From Vicugna vicugna (Eukaryota), in contig MU061579.1 of assembly GCA_013265495.1 (NCBI GenBank), positions 3,221,319-3,285,318 of the forward strand: DNA of 64,000 nucleotides, written 5' to 3'. A program made the translations under genes and the position numbers. The stretch's first letter is position 1. The number at the start of each line of letters is the position of its first letter. Below the pieces are notes generated by a model that was not told where the DNA came from, did no database searches, and saw only the letters and a program-made list of their open reading frames with translations. This document shows positions 1 through 12,095 of the stretch, piece after piece.

Positions 1-1010
1 GGTCTCCATGCAGAGCCAGGTAAGAAAAGAACTCACTGCAGAAGCAACTCTGAGTGGGAGCCTGGAGCTCCCGACACCACAGATGCTTGAGCCCGAAGGA
101 GAAGGCTCCAACCATAGCTGTGCCTGGAGTGAACTTCACCTTCCTGCTTGCAGGAGCCGCTCTGAGGAAGGACCAGAGGGATGCCCACATCAAATGGATC
201 ATTCTCTCTCTGGCACTTTTCCAACCACCCAGTAATTGCCTCTGTCACGGAGATTCACACATTCAACAGGGTGAATGTAATGGGGAGCAATTGGGTGTGG
301 ACACCGTTGTCAAGCATCTGGGCAGTATCCTTCTGCATCCTGAGTAGAAGTACCAGAAGAACAAGGTTTTCCAGCAGCACATTAACTGTCTGGAAGGGAC
401 CCACAGGTTTCTGAGGCCACTGGCTTCCAGGAGGCGATGCTTCCAGCTTCCAGTCAGGAGCACCCCCAAAGAATTCTACGTGCTGAGAGAGGTCGCCCTG
501 GTCCGGCCTCAGAGCCTGGAGAGGCACCAGGAGCAGCTGCTGAGCGCCAAGCCAGTGCAGGCCACCTGACCCACAGCGTGGGGTCTTCCCGCCCTTGCCC
601 CTGGCCTGACTTCTTCAAACTTACTGCAGAGATCAAGCTAGCTCAGAAGCTCAGGTCTGAGGTCGTGGATGGTGAGTGAGGCCAAGCATGGTGAGTGCAG
701 AAGGAGGCACTAGAGAGAGATGCGAAATACACCTACTCACTGATGCATGTTGGCTTCTCCAACTGCTCCTCCTCCAGGGGACTTTCTAAGCCATGGCAGA
801 GTGGAAGGCAGGTAGGTACTGCGCTGGTTCATCCCGGAGGCCTTGCACAGCGGCTGGCCTCGGGAGGGCACAAGTTATCGGAAGAGGAGAACCTGGCCTT
901 CCAAGAGTGGGACTAGTACCCTCAGCCCTCCTGACTTGCTCTGGGGACGCATCGTGTTAGAGGACATCAAAGCTGCAGGAGTTGAGCAGAACTCCTCTGC
1001 CCTGAAAGTC
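1..1010 (+). pseudogene. UBXN6: Processed pseudogene (retrocopy) of UBX domain protein 6 (PUB + UBX domains); 5' part lies outside the window
   Basis: Frame-hopping + strand translations match successive UBXN6 segments in order: QVRKELTAEATLSGS, AVPGVNFTFLLAGAALRKDQRDAHIK, HFSNHPVIASVTEIHTFN, LGVDTVVKHLGSILLHPE, NKVFQQHINCLEGTH (PUB domain), EFYVLREVALVRPQSLERHQEQLL, DFFKLTAEIK..LRSE, LASGGHKLSEEENLA, GLVPSALLT, VLEDIKAAG. These are contiguous with no introns, and there are many frameshifts, stops and small deletions. Confidence 0.93.
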
Positions 1011-1099
1011 AGCATATGACTGTGGCGGGGGCGGGGGTAGGGTGAGGGGAACAAAGAGAATTCAGTCCACAGCACTGAAAACAACTGCAAGAGTTTGGG

Positions 1100-2150
1100 T
1101 GAGAACAGGTGATGGCTCAGACTAAGGTGATAAGAAAGGCAGAGGGAAGTAGAGAGCTTCTCTCTCGCAGTCGAGCTACTCGAGCAGTAGCTTTAAGAAG
1201 AATCATCAATGGCATAGTTAAAAAGAGACTGTGGTGTGAGGAAATCAGATGGTTCAAGCGTAACTCCAAGATATTTGGCTTGTATGAAGCCAATTTATGA
1301 GTCTGGAAGACCTGTTAAGAGCAAATGTAAAGAGAATTATCAATATTTCTGCTATGGCCACGTTACCTTTAAGCTTCTGAATGGGGGTTTAAAATTGCAA
1401 TATCAGAGAAGTAGTTGAATTTCTGCGTTTGTATTTTTCTGGAAAAACTGGGGTTGGAGATACAGTCTGAGGAATCAGCATATGGATAGCATTTAACGTT
1501 AGGCAACTGGATAGACTCACTCAGGGAAACGCATAAAAAGAGGTAAATAGAAGGTTCAAGACTGAGCCCAGACCAGATAGTAATATTCAGAGCTGAGCAG
1601 ATAAGCACCAAAAATAGGTATTAAGGGTGGCTGATGAGAGAGAAAGAGAAACAGGAGAATAAGGAGTCAGGAAGTCAATAGAAGGAAGTACTTAAAGGAT
1701 GAAGGTGAGGTTCACTGTCATGACAGCTTAAATGGAGTGCCATCAGTGGAAGAGTTTTGGAATAAATCATAAATCGAATATGGGAAATGAGGATGCTGAT
1801 TATGAACAACTATTTAAGTAATTTTAGCTACAAAGTGGAGTGGAAAAAATAGGGTCATAGCTGAAGGGAAATGTAAGACCAGAAGATATTTTTATCTTAA
1901 TTGGAGATTCTAGGAGATATTTGTATGCTGATGGAAATTATGGCGTGGAAGGGAAGAAATCAAGAATGCATGAGAGAGAATAATCGGAGGGCATCAGTTG
2001 AGAAGGCAAAAATAGATGTGATCCCGTGCTCAGGCAAAACAGATGTTGTTGACCAGAACAGGGCACGAATCTGTAGTAACAGAGCTGAAAGCAGAGGATA
2101 TACATATAGATGAAGGTAAGTTGGTAGACTGGGTGTGAGGATGATGAGAG
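1100..2150 (-). mobile_element. Degraded LINE2 (L2) fragment
   Basis: Purine-rich sequence with motifs typical of reverse-strand L2 (e.g. ctgggttggagatacagtctgaggaatcagc, gaaggttcaagactgagccc). Heavily diverged, boundaries approximate. Confidence 0.55.
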
Positions 2151-4149
2151 ATTCCCCAAAAGATACTCATATAGAACATCTTCATAATTTCAGGGAGTTT
2201 CATTGTTCAGCACTAATCTAGACAATTTTTACCATCTTAAAATTATAGAAATATCTTCTGTTTTTTCCAAAAATGTACATTTTATATATTATGCTTTTAT
2301 TTTAAATCTGAAAAGTATTTTTATACTTGCTGTACATTAAATATCAAATTTGATTTTTTCCCAAGAAGTAGCCAGTTATCTTAAAGATGTGTTAAAAGCT
2401 CATCCTTTCCCCACATTAAAATGTAAACTTTATTGTGTATAATGCCACTTTTTTATATGTGCATATGTTGCATTTATAGTATATAGAAGATATATATTAA
2501 CATCTGCTATTAGGTTTCAAATCTTTTACATTTGATTATTTACTTATCTTTATGTCTGTGATACATTATTTTTAATTTCTGTGGATTTATGGTACAGTAT
2601 GGCAAATATCCTATCATTAGCTCTCCTATTCAAAAAACTATTAGCTTTTCTGCTATATTTTTCTTTACCAATGAACATTTCAGTAAGTTAGCTGTGCTCC
2701 AATCTATGTTCTATATATTTTAGAAAAGTCTTGTTGCAATTTAATTATATTATAATTTAATTTTACAATATCACAATTTTAGTGTTATACGTCTCTTAAT
2801 TTATTAGGAACTTTTATATTATTAAAACTTTTTATAATATTTCTTTATTTATAAATCCACCCCTGTTCATACCTGTTTTTAATAGTTGTTATTGACATAA
2901 TAAACATCTTATGTTATTTTATTAATTTTTTTATTATTTTATGTTGATTTCCTCTACAACCAACCTCATACTGCATGTATCATCTTATTAATTTTCATAA
3001 TTTAAAGTTGATCACCCTTGTTTTATTAAGATGAATAATTGCATTATCTCCATAGAAATAACATCCTAAAAGTGATAAAAAGCAATTCCTGATATTTACA
3101 TTATATATATTCTTTCCTTTTTTTGGCTAAGTTTTTAAGTTTCTGTTGAATTAGTGGAGGTATTTCTATTTTTTTCCTCACTAGAATTTTTATTTAGGAC
3201 TCCAGTAGCTACTATTTATCAGACTAGAGAAATTTCTTTTGATAACTAATTAATTAAGAGTACATATTGGAAATAAGTATTATATTTAGTATAATATTTT
3301 GAGGACACCTGGCAAATATTTGGTGCATATTACATAATAATCAAATTTTAATATTATAAATTATACAAATATATTTCCTGATGTGAAAACATCATTATGA
3401 AAATATTCTATATCTTTCTCTTTCCTCAATCAATTTTTCATTTTTATCATAACACAGTTGTAAATAATTCTTTCTGTGTGCATGATAAACTTCTGAATCT
3501 TTCCCTGGATGAAAATATATTTTGCCTTTTGACTTAAGTACTTGGTTTATTTGAGTGTCCTTGAGAATATTGACTTATCATTTATCACCTGGTCACTAAA
3601 ACAAAGAGCTGGTGCTAATTTGATTATTCATACATTTCAGACAACTTTCTTTTTCTTTCTGAAACCTCTTTGAACTCTTACATTTTTATTATTTTAACTT
3701 TTTTTTTTTTTTTGCACTTGGTGTCTGAAACTTTATCCCTCCAGCCCTAGGCAATTTTGAGAATTTATTATTACTATTACCATTACTTATTATTACAATG
3801 GATTCCTTTCTACCATTTTTTTCTCTTCTGAATTTTCTTTGAGATGCATGAGAAAAGCTAGTCTCTTCTCTTTTTCATAACCTTTCTCTCACCCTTCACG
3901 TTTCTTTGGCCTTTTACACTCGCTTCTTAGAGAATGTCATGACACTGGCTCTCAGCACACAATGCACTCATCAGCTTTGTCCATCATTCTTTTTAATTCA
4001 TCTAGTGAGATTCTGATATTAATTTTCACCTGAAGGTGAAGCAGGAAACTGATCATTTTCTTTTATTGCAGTTCAGCTTTACTGTTTGCTTGGATTTGGA
4101 ATTTCTAATATTAATAATATTTTATACATGTAAAATAAAATATCTATTA

Positions 4150-4730
4150 ACACAGCTATAAGCTACGAATCACAATAATAAAATGAACAAAGTAAAAACA
4201 AAAAATAATCAAAACAGTCAAATCTATCTATGTTCTTCCCCAAATCTCATTCCTCTGCCTCTACACTTTGAATTTTTGTTATTTATTCTTTTGCATCTTT
4301 TTTGAACTGAATTATCATCTATGCATATAATCTGAAATCTATTGTTTAAGATTAAAAAACATAAAGATGGTGTCATATACATATAGTCCATAGAAATTTG
4401 TTTTTCACTCAACTTTGTGTTTCTAAAATTTATACATGTTGTTGTATTCACCTTTTTTTCAAGACTGTATAAAACTCCATTGGATAAACAGTCCACAATT
4501 TTTCACCCAGTCTTCATTTTATGAACAAGTGACTTATGTTTCTGGTTTTATTCTGTTTTGTCTTTGTTTACTCCTTCATTCAATGATGTGTATGTCTCTT
4601 CAAGGGTATGTGCAGGAGTCATGTAGGTACTATACCTACAAGTGGAATTTCTGGGTATATTTATCTTTGGTTTCATGAGATAATACCAGTTGTTCCCCAA
4701 TAGTATTATACTAATTTATATCTAATTATT
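4150..4730 (-). mobile_element. Old L1 (L1ME-like) 3' fragment
   Basis: Reverse-strand L1 3'UTR/ORF2-end motifs (tttgtttttcactcaactttgtgtttctaaaatttatacatgttgttgta, tatacctacaagtggaatttctggg). More very degraded L1 probably extends upstream to ~2.2 kb. Confidence 0.6.
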
Positions 4731-6246
4731 GAATTATTATAACTCTAGAATCCTGTATATTTTAATACCAGTAAAAAACACTGTTTGTCATTTATCAAAA
4801 ATATGTTTTTTTACATCCTTTCTCCCAATTACATTTCAATATTCTTTGTCAAGTTATTGTAATTTTGTGGTAGAATGTCATTAATCTTTGCAGTTAATCT
4901 TCCCATATTAAATGCAATGTCTCATTATTTATCCAGATATTATTTTATGACTATCAGGAATGTTTGATAGTAGTTCTCAGTATCTCCTAATATCCTAAAT
5001 AGTCTATTGATTTTGTACACAGATTTCTTTCCCACTTGGCACTTTATAAGGACATTTCTTGGGCTGAATCACTCAAATCACATCACAGAATGCTGCATGT
5101 AAATTGTTGTTTGCTTATTTGTTTGTTCGAATAATCCAATCTCAGCTCATCCCCTTACAGGCTAAGGCTTGATATCTAAGCATCTTCCACCTCATCCTAA
5201 CTTTGTGGTAAAATCTGAAAGGCAGACCCAGCACAGGACAGAAACAGTGTCCATTTTTGTATGCAGAGGTATTTCCTTGTTATTCTAATGGTTTTTCCTA
5301 TACATTACCTGCTAATTTGATTCTTTGCACCTATATCTGTGTTTAATCCATCGCTGCTTTTAACAGGCTTGACCAGAGGTAAAGAACGATTAATGAGGAA
5401 AGTGTGGCAAGACTCTACGTTCAATTTAGTGTGTAAGAAATCGACTGCACAATAAAGAACTGGATGAAAAAGATCATCAACAGGAAAGAACAGTGTATGA
5501 AGACAAGAAACATTTCTGTGTTCTCAGAAAACAGCCAAGTAGAATGATACAAGTGGTTATTTTATTTCTAGCTATGTTGCATTTATTCACAACAAAATAT
5601 CAATGAAAACAGTATCAAAAATACCTTCAAAATCAAAAAAAGGAAAACATGGCATTTTTTAATTAAATTGCTGAGTTTGGAGAGGAAGCCTCTTTTATTA
5701 GATCATGTTTAGCCAAAAGCAACCTAAGGAGAGGACTTGAATTGAGGTGGTTAATTTCAGTGATGGCCCAAGGAGCAGAGGTGAGGAATCAGGAAGAGAA
5801 ATACAAAGCAGTTTAAGGGTACATTGTACAAGTGCCTGCTCCGTTGAGTCCTTAAACTAAAAGTAGCAACTTAATAGAATATCCAATTGAAATATCATCT
5901 GTAAAGAGGAAAATATGTCTTAGCTATCACTAAATCAAAAACTTTAACTATAACCTGGGAAAATCCTACTGAGGGAAAAGGCTAAACAAAAATTCTTTAA
6001 TTCTTTCCTGCTGAAAGAGAATAACTCGCACTATCAGAAGGTGATAACACAAGGTTTAAACAAAATCGTCTGAATCTATGCATATCTTACAAGTATAATC
6101 AACTTTCAATTTTAGAGTCAATAAGCCTTACTTGACTAATTTATGTACATATGAATTATTTATTTTTCCCGGTTTCCCAGTTTCCTACTCTTTTAGATGA
6201 AAAGGAAAGAAAGCATTTTAGAATTTGATGTCAAGGGCAAATCTCT

Positions 6247-6706
6247 AATGACTATGGTAAGTTTCTTGTCATCCTCTTGTAAAACAAAGGATGTTGCTAC
6301 CACCCAGCTCTACAAGAATCGAGTCATTAGCCACAACAATCATTGACATACAGTACACCCCGAAAGGAGTTCGAGGTGAAGGTCAGGGTGAGGCACTGTG
6401 TGCTCTGGGAAAGCGGGCAGAACTAGCCCTCAGATAGTAAGGTATTTAGGGGAAATTTTAATGAACCTGAATTCTTGCATCCTCTCATACTTAGGAAAGC
6501 ACTAAAATACTTAATTGAGATATCTCTTCCTCATACCCTTGATTACGTGTACCCCTTCACTAAAATCATATATACACTGATCCCCAACCTCTTTGGAAGA
6601 GTTTCTCAGAGATTTCTGAGGCCGTCTTTGGGCTAAAGTCCTCAGTAAGACACTGAATAAACTCAACTCACAGCTCTTATATTGCGCCCCTTTTTGCAGG
6701 ACAACA
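6247..6706 (+). mobile_element. ERV1-class solo LTR
   Basis: LTR organisation with a TATA-like catatata, polyA signal ctgaataaaactcaactc and terminal CA. Clearly homologous to the LTR at 38663-39180 (ccctcagatag, gagatatct, ctgggctaaagtcctcag, ctgaataaaa). Left end approximate. Confidence 0.75.
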
Positions 6707-8191
6707 TACCAATAAAATTTGCCTTTAAATGTCAAGTATACCCTCACATTTAAAAATGATCACTTATGAAACAATTAATAAAGAATCTCTCAAGTGACTT
6801 GCCTCTTACATGCCTCCCAGTCTAAAATTCCTCTGCTGAATTCTTTTAAAATGGATTTGGAAAATATTAATAATCATGATTCCAACATGCCCTGGAAGGG
6901 ATTTACCTACTTTCAGCTTCTACCTTTCACAAACACAGGGTGAAAGTGGTTTACATAGTTTTACATTTAAACACTTTGCTAAATGAATTCACCTTTTTTT
7001 TGCTTTATACAAAAACCATGAAATTGAATGCTTTAAGAAATTATTGCTCCTTTTACCAAGAGATCAGTGGTTATTTAGTATACATTTGCATTTATTAAAT
7101 GTGCAATTGTAAAGTACTGTTAATGATTTTATTCCCCAGTGTGGGAGGTGACTTATGATTTTTTGACCACCCCCTCAATTCACAGACACACACACATACA
7201 CACACATAAAATGCTCAATGTGTATTTTCTGTTTAGCTTAATTACTCCATGGACTGTTATTCTTTCATAATCATGTATTTTTAATGCCATTTTAAATGCA
7301 TATAGCAAAACAACATCTGTTTAATCTCCTTGTTTTAAACTTTATATCGATAGCTGAAAAATCTGAAACAACTCTGCACGAGATACTTTCAGTCCCAGTA
7401 ACATCGGGCACGTATGACAGACGTGTTCAGCTGCTTCCATTTTCATACAAATGTGGGGACGGAAGCCTGAGGCGATGTGAATAGCAGCTCTTCAAACTTC
7501 AAAGGATCTGTGAAGGATTCTTGCTCTGCTCTTGCCATCATGAATTGGCCTATGCTTGGGGAGCAATTAAAATTAAATTGTCTCTGAACGGCAAAAAGTG
7601 AAAAGCTCTAGTTCTGAGTCAGAACATACTCTATCACAGTAGTGGCAAAGGAGAAGGGTTAAAAAAAGAGCAAAGTTAACACCACAGAGAAGAGGGACAT
7701 GACATTTTCTATTCAGAGTATATATTTTCCAGATAACATGTGATTGTAAGCATATTTTTTCACATGTCCTACTCTTCTAGAATAGATACCTATGTGTGGT
7801 ATATTTATACGTATACAGGCATACACTCTAATGCACATATATAATGGCCATTATGCGCTATTAAAAGATCAATGCATCATCCTTGTACATTAATCCTTTA
7901 AGCATATTAAGCAGTTGTTATACTTCCTAAATTCAATAGTGTAAAGAAAGCCCTTAGAATTAGTCACAAACTTATACAATGCCTATTAAAAGTGCAGTCA
8001 ACATTCACTTTTCTGAGATTACATACTTCCATTAGCATGGATGATTAACATGTTTTTTATCCCCCAAATCATCTTTTTTTTCATGTTATCCTAAACTGTA
8101 CACTTTTAATTTTATTTGGCTTAAGCCAAATTATAGGGAAAAATCCATTTGGAATTCAGAATTAGTTATTCACCTTGAAAACCAAACACTT

Positions 8192-8238
8192 ACACATACA
8201 CACACACACACACACAAACACACACACTCACACACACA
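8192..8238. repeat. (CA)n microsatellite, interrupted
   Basis: acacatacacacacacacacacacaaacacacacactcacacacaca is visible directly. Confidence 0.9.
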
Positions 8239-8379
8239 AAGGCCTTACTCATCACATGACTTGATTAGTCACATGATTAGTACCATGACTGTCTTGGCCA
8301 ACTGTCTTCCTATATATAGTATTACTATTTTAGGGAACTCTTTACCAGAATGGTAATGATTGACGATAACTTAATTGTT

Positions 8380-9082
8380 TTTCGTCTATTTTTATATATA
8401 GTAATTAACCTTAGCAAATCTCAAACTCCCAAAATAGATAAAAAATAAATTTCGTCTGTATAGCACAGAGAACTATATTCAATATCTTTACCCTTAATAA
8501 AAATATGAAAATGAATATATGTATATAATATGATGACTGGGACGTTATGCTGTACACCAGAAATTGACATGTTGTAACTGACTATGTGAAGGAAAAGCTG
8601 GGTTGGTCTAAAAAGATAACTCACAAGTCTAGGAATGTGGAGAGGCTGGGCTGGTCTAACAAGATAACTCACAAATCTAAGTATTGGAATACTGATCTGA
8701 GTTCTGCTAGACTAACTTGTAAATCTAGGTTAATTAGTGTTGGTTTGCTGTTTATGTGTTTTTGCTAGCCAGCTGGATTTTCAAAGATACATATCTGGCT
8801 TTGGAATGTTGGTTTGCTGCCTCCCTGCCTCCACTTTTGTGATGATAATGCTGCTAAAGCTGTTCCATGCCTATTGGCCCAATACCCCAAGCTTGTACTT
8901 TACCCTATAAAGCCTCATGTGCACATCTTGAAGGTGCTCAGAGCTTCAGAGCAACTCAGAGCTTCAGAAGCCCCTCTGAGCCCGCTGGCGTAATACATCT
9001 GAGTACTCCAACCCTCCGAGTGGTGCTTGTTTCTTGACTGACCTGTTGTTTCCGTAACAACTATATTTCAATTAAAAAAAAA
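8380..9082 (+). mobile_element. 5'-truncated L1 3' end with inverted 5' segment (twin priming), interrupted by a solo LTR
   Basis: 8431-8584 plus 9064-9082 is L1 3'UTR (ctgtatagcacagagaactatattcaatatct...tgtacaccagaaattgacatgttgtaactgacta / tatttcaattaaaaaaaaaa). 8380-8430 is the adjacent upstream L1 segment in reverse orientation. TSD ataacttaattgtt (8366-8379) / ataccttaatggtt (9083-9096). Confidence 0.85.
8585..9059 (+). mobile_element. ERV1-class solo LTR (475 bp)
   Basis: TG...CA termini with imperfect terminal inverted repeat (tgtgaaggaaa / tttccgtaaca), a 4-bp TSD acta (8581-8584, 9060-9063), TATA ctataaa at ~8905, and a U3 direct repeat of gctgggytggtctaamaagataactcacaartcta. Confidence 0.9.
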
Positions 9083-9741
9083 ATACCTTAATGGTTAATT
9101 TAAGGAACTCCTGATAAATCATTTAAGACTGCTCAACTTTTCAAGACAGAGAATCAAATGACTATTTACACACCAAGATGCTCCAAAATCCTTGTCCCCA
9201 AACCTATCCTAAACTACTGTTTCATGATCCTTATCCAAAACCAATCAAGCCCTTGGATTGAAAGACTCAATTTAAGCCAGACCACCAAATATCATAAATG
9301 TGCACTTTCCTCTTTAGGATGCTACTAAGCCTCTAACAAAGTCCTATTCCCCTTCACCACAGTAAGCAATCAACTTACCTCTGACCTAGTGAGAGTTCAA
9401 GATGGAGCCATGAAGCAGCACCCAAGTGGCTGATATATACTTAGATAACTGAAAGGCAAAGGCAATTGGGAGGTACCAGGGCAAGAAATATGCCCCTAGA
9501 TCCATAGTTATTCTCAACCATTTAAGAAAAAAAAAAAGTTAGTGTGATGCTCAACCCAATAAACATACATGGGATCTAATCTCAGAACTTTCACACACCA
9601 ATGTAGTATTTATGTGACATCATCCACAGTGATGTAGCTTAGATTTTCTTCTACCAGTTTTACAATTTTTTCCATATTGTATTCAAAATTTTCCCTGCAT
9701 TCTTCTTAACTCCAACTTATTTCAAACACACATATTCAAAA

Positions 9742-9852
9742 TGAAGAAGAAGAAGGAAGAGGAGAAGGTGGAGGAGCAGGAGGGGGAGAGAGAGGGGAAA
9801 GGGGAGGGGAGAGCAAAGGGGGGAAGAGAAGGAGGGGGTGAAGGAGGAGAAA
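9742..9852 (+). repeat. GA-rich low-complexity polypurine tract with G-quadruplex motif
   Basis: About 110 nt that is almost entirely purine, with at least five runs of 4 or more G. Confidence 0.85.
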
Positions 9853-11894
9853 ACAGAAAACTTACGTCTGACTGTCTATATAGGAAATGGAAAGTGTTAA
9901 AATAAGGGCATGTAGAAACCTGAGGTCTGGATTGTAAATCGGCACGAATTTAAAATCAGAGAATCCTTCTGGGAAAACGAAACTTTTTGAACAATGGTAG
10001 ATATCATAGTTACCAGAAGAAGCTAAAATTATTTGAGTAGGAAAGTTATTTTAAATAAAGAATTAAACCATTTCATACATACTGATTATAACTTGCTATA
10101 TATGATTTTATTATTTTTATGTGATTTCCATTGTTACAGTATTGTGTTTAAGATTCTTCTCTCGGTACCCAACCCCCCCATCCCCACCCGCATATGTGTC
10201 GCTTTCCCCAGCCCTGACCTCTCTGGGAAAGACTGTGTTGTTTGCTAGAACTGGAACTGAATTGTGGAGATTCCATAAGTTTGTGTATAATGTTTAGGAA
10301 AGCATCTGACACATAGTAATCATTCAATAAATAGAAGTTGACATTACTAATTGCTTTGCACTTGTTTATTTAGAAACAGCGTTTTCTCCTTTTAAGAACT
10401 TCTGCTGGAAGACACAGAAATATGCAATGAAAAAAATCAATAGTTACCCCACCTCCCAGTATAAACATTTGAAAACACTGTTAACATTTGGTATATTTCC
10501 TTCTTCTCTTACATTTATTTATCTGGATGTATATTTGTATATATTTGCATGCTTCTATGCTTCTAAAATTTAAATATATTGAGTATACATTTTTGTAATC
10601 TGTCATAGTTCATATAATATTATTATATGAGAACTTTTATGGTCATAACACTTTTTCTAATACTTTGATCAAATACTTATGATCTTATTGTTTACATAGT
10701 TTATGAATGTTTGTTTATAAACTACTTGTACTTATTTTCTGTCATATTCATCTTGAGACATGGTATATTTTCCTATATTAAATATCATAGAATTATGCTA
10801 AAAAGCATCATGGCTCTACTAAGTGACCCTCTTTATTCCAAAATTCTTACACAATACACTATTTGTTAGTGAATGTTAGCCCTGTGGGCTCTAAATTCAG
10901 CCTGTTAGGGCTTGAAACTATCCATTTTTAGCTATTTCACTTTGAATTCTTAACATTTCCATTTATATCTGGAAAATAGGAAAAGAACACCTCACAGAAA
11001 TATTGTCAAGTTAAATGAAATACTCAATTCAAACTATTGAACCACATAATTAATTGTTCAATGAAATTTGTAAATTTGCCTCATTAGCAAATAAATTAAA
11101 ATTGTAATGATACTTTGAAGTGCATTGTTTGGTAAATAAAGTCACTATTTTTAGAATAAAATATAATTTAAAAGTTTTGTTTGTATTTATCTACTGGCAA
11201 TCTTTCTATATATATCCTCTGCTAAACATCTCCCATGTGCTGTAACTGTTCTTTAAATTTTTTGGTAATTCAGCCACGACCCTTTATTTGAAAAGTGTCA
11301 TTTTCTCTTTCTGTTACTTCACTACTTCTCTGGATGTAGCATGATACCAGTGAACATTCTCAATATTACTAAGAATATACTTAAAATGCAACTTGGGTTC
11401 CTACTTCACAAATTTAGCTGGTAGTCACTGTAAGTGGAAAGGTTTATAAAACAGTTTCATTCGTTCTGTTTCCAAAATAATCTCTACAGTTAAACAGAGA
11501 AAAGCATTAAAATACAGATAGGCGCACAGACACACACACACACACGCACATACATACACACACTCACATATACAGCATCAGAGCTACTGAAATTGTCATA
11601 GGGTAGATAAATGCAGACAAACATGAATAATGCAAAGTCACCATCTCTGGAGCAAAATGATCATCAAAAGATGTGAAGTCAGTTACCCTTGACGAACAAT
11701 GAAGCTGTAGGTAGCCTGAAATATTTAAATTAAATCACTACTGATATGCAATATACTCCCTGAAAGAAATAATTGAGGAGGAATTAGCTTTTTTAGTCCT
11801 CTAAAATACCATTTATTATGTACTTGAATTAAACAAAAATATACTGATGGAATTATATATCTGTACATACATAGGTATGCATTTAAACATGGAT

Positions 11895-12095
11895 ATTTTA
11901 GTTTGCTATTGCTGTTGTAACAAATTACCACAAATTTAGTGGCTGCAGAAAACTGTTTATTATTTCAGTTTTGTAGGTTAGAAGTACAGTAGTAACATTG
12001 ATTTTGTCTACCAAGTTTCTTTAGCCTTGGAAAATATATTCACGTGCATAACATCAGGTGGTGAAAGTCACAGGAGCCAAAATCTTACCTACTAC
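11895..12095 (-). mobile_element. MLT1-family (MaLR) LTR remnant, internally deleted
   Basis: ttagtttgctattgctgttgtaacaaattaccacaaatttagtggct is the reverse-strand MLT1 terminus. The other terminus (atcttacctactaca) is only ~200 bp away. Confidence 0.65.

Larger units (their letters stand above)
8240..9385 (+). mobile_element. Old LTR (MER110/MER90-like, ERV1), split by later insertions at 8380-9082
   Basis: The right part (ccttatccaaaaccaatcaagccc..ttgaaagac..ttaagccagac..aaatatcataaat..cagtaagcaatcaact) resembles MER110/MER90 LTRs. The left part (8240-8365) is assigned by continuity across the L1 TSD. Confidence 0.45.

Noticed and set aside
8..1090. Eleven short ORFs on both strands
   Set aside because: They are frameshifted pieces or antisense shadows of the UBXN6 pseudogene, not independent genes.
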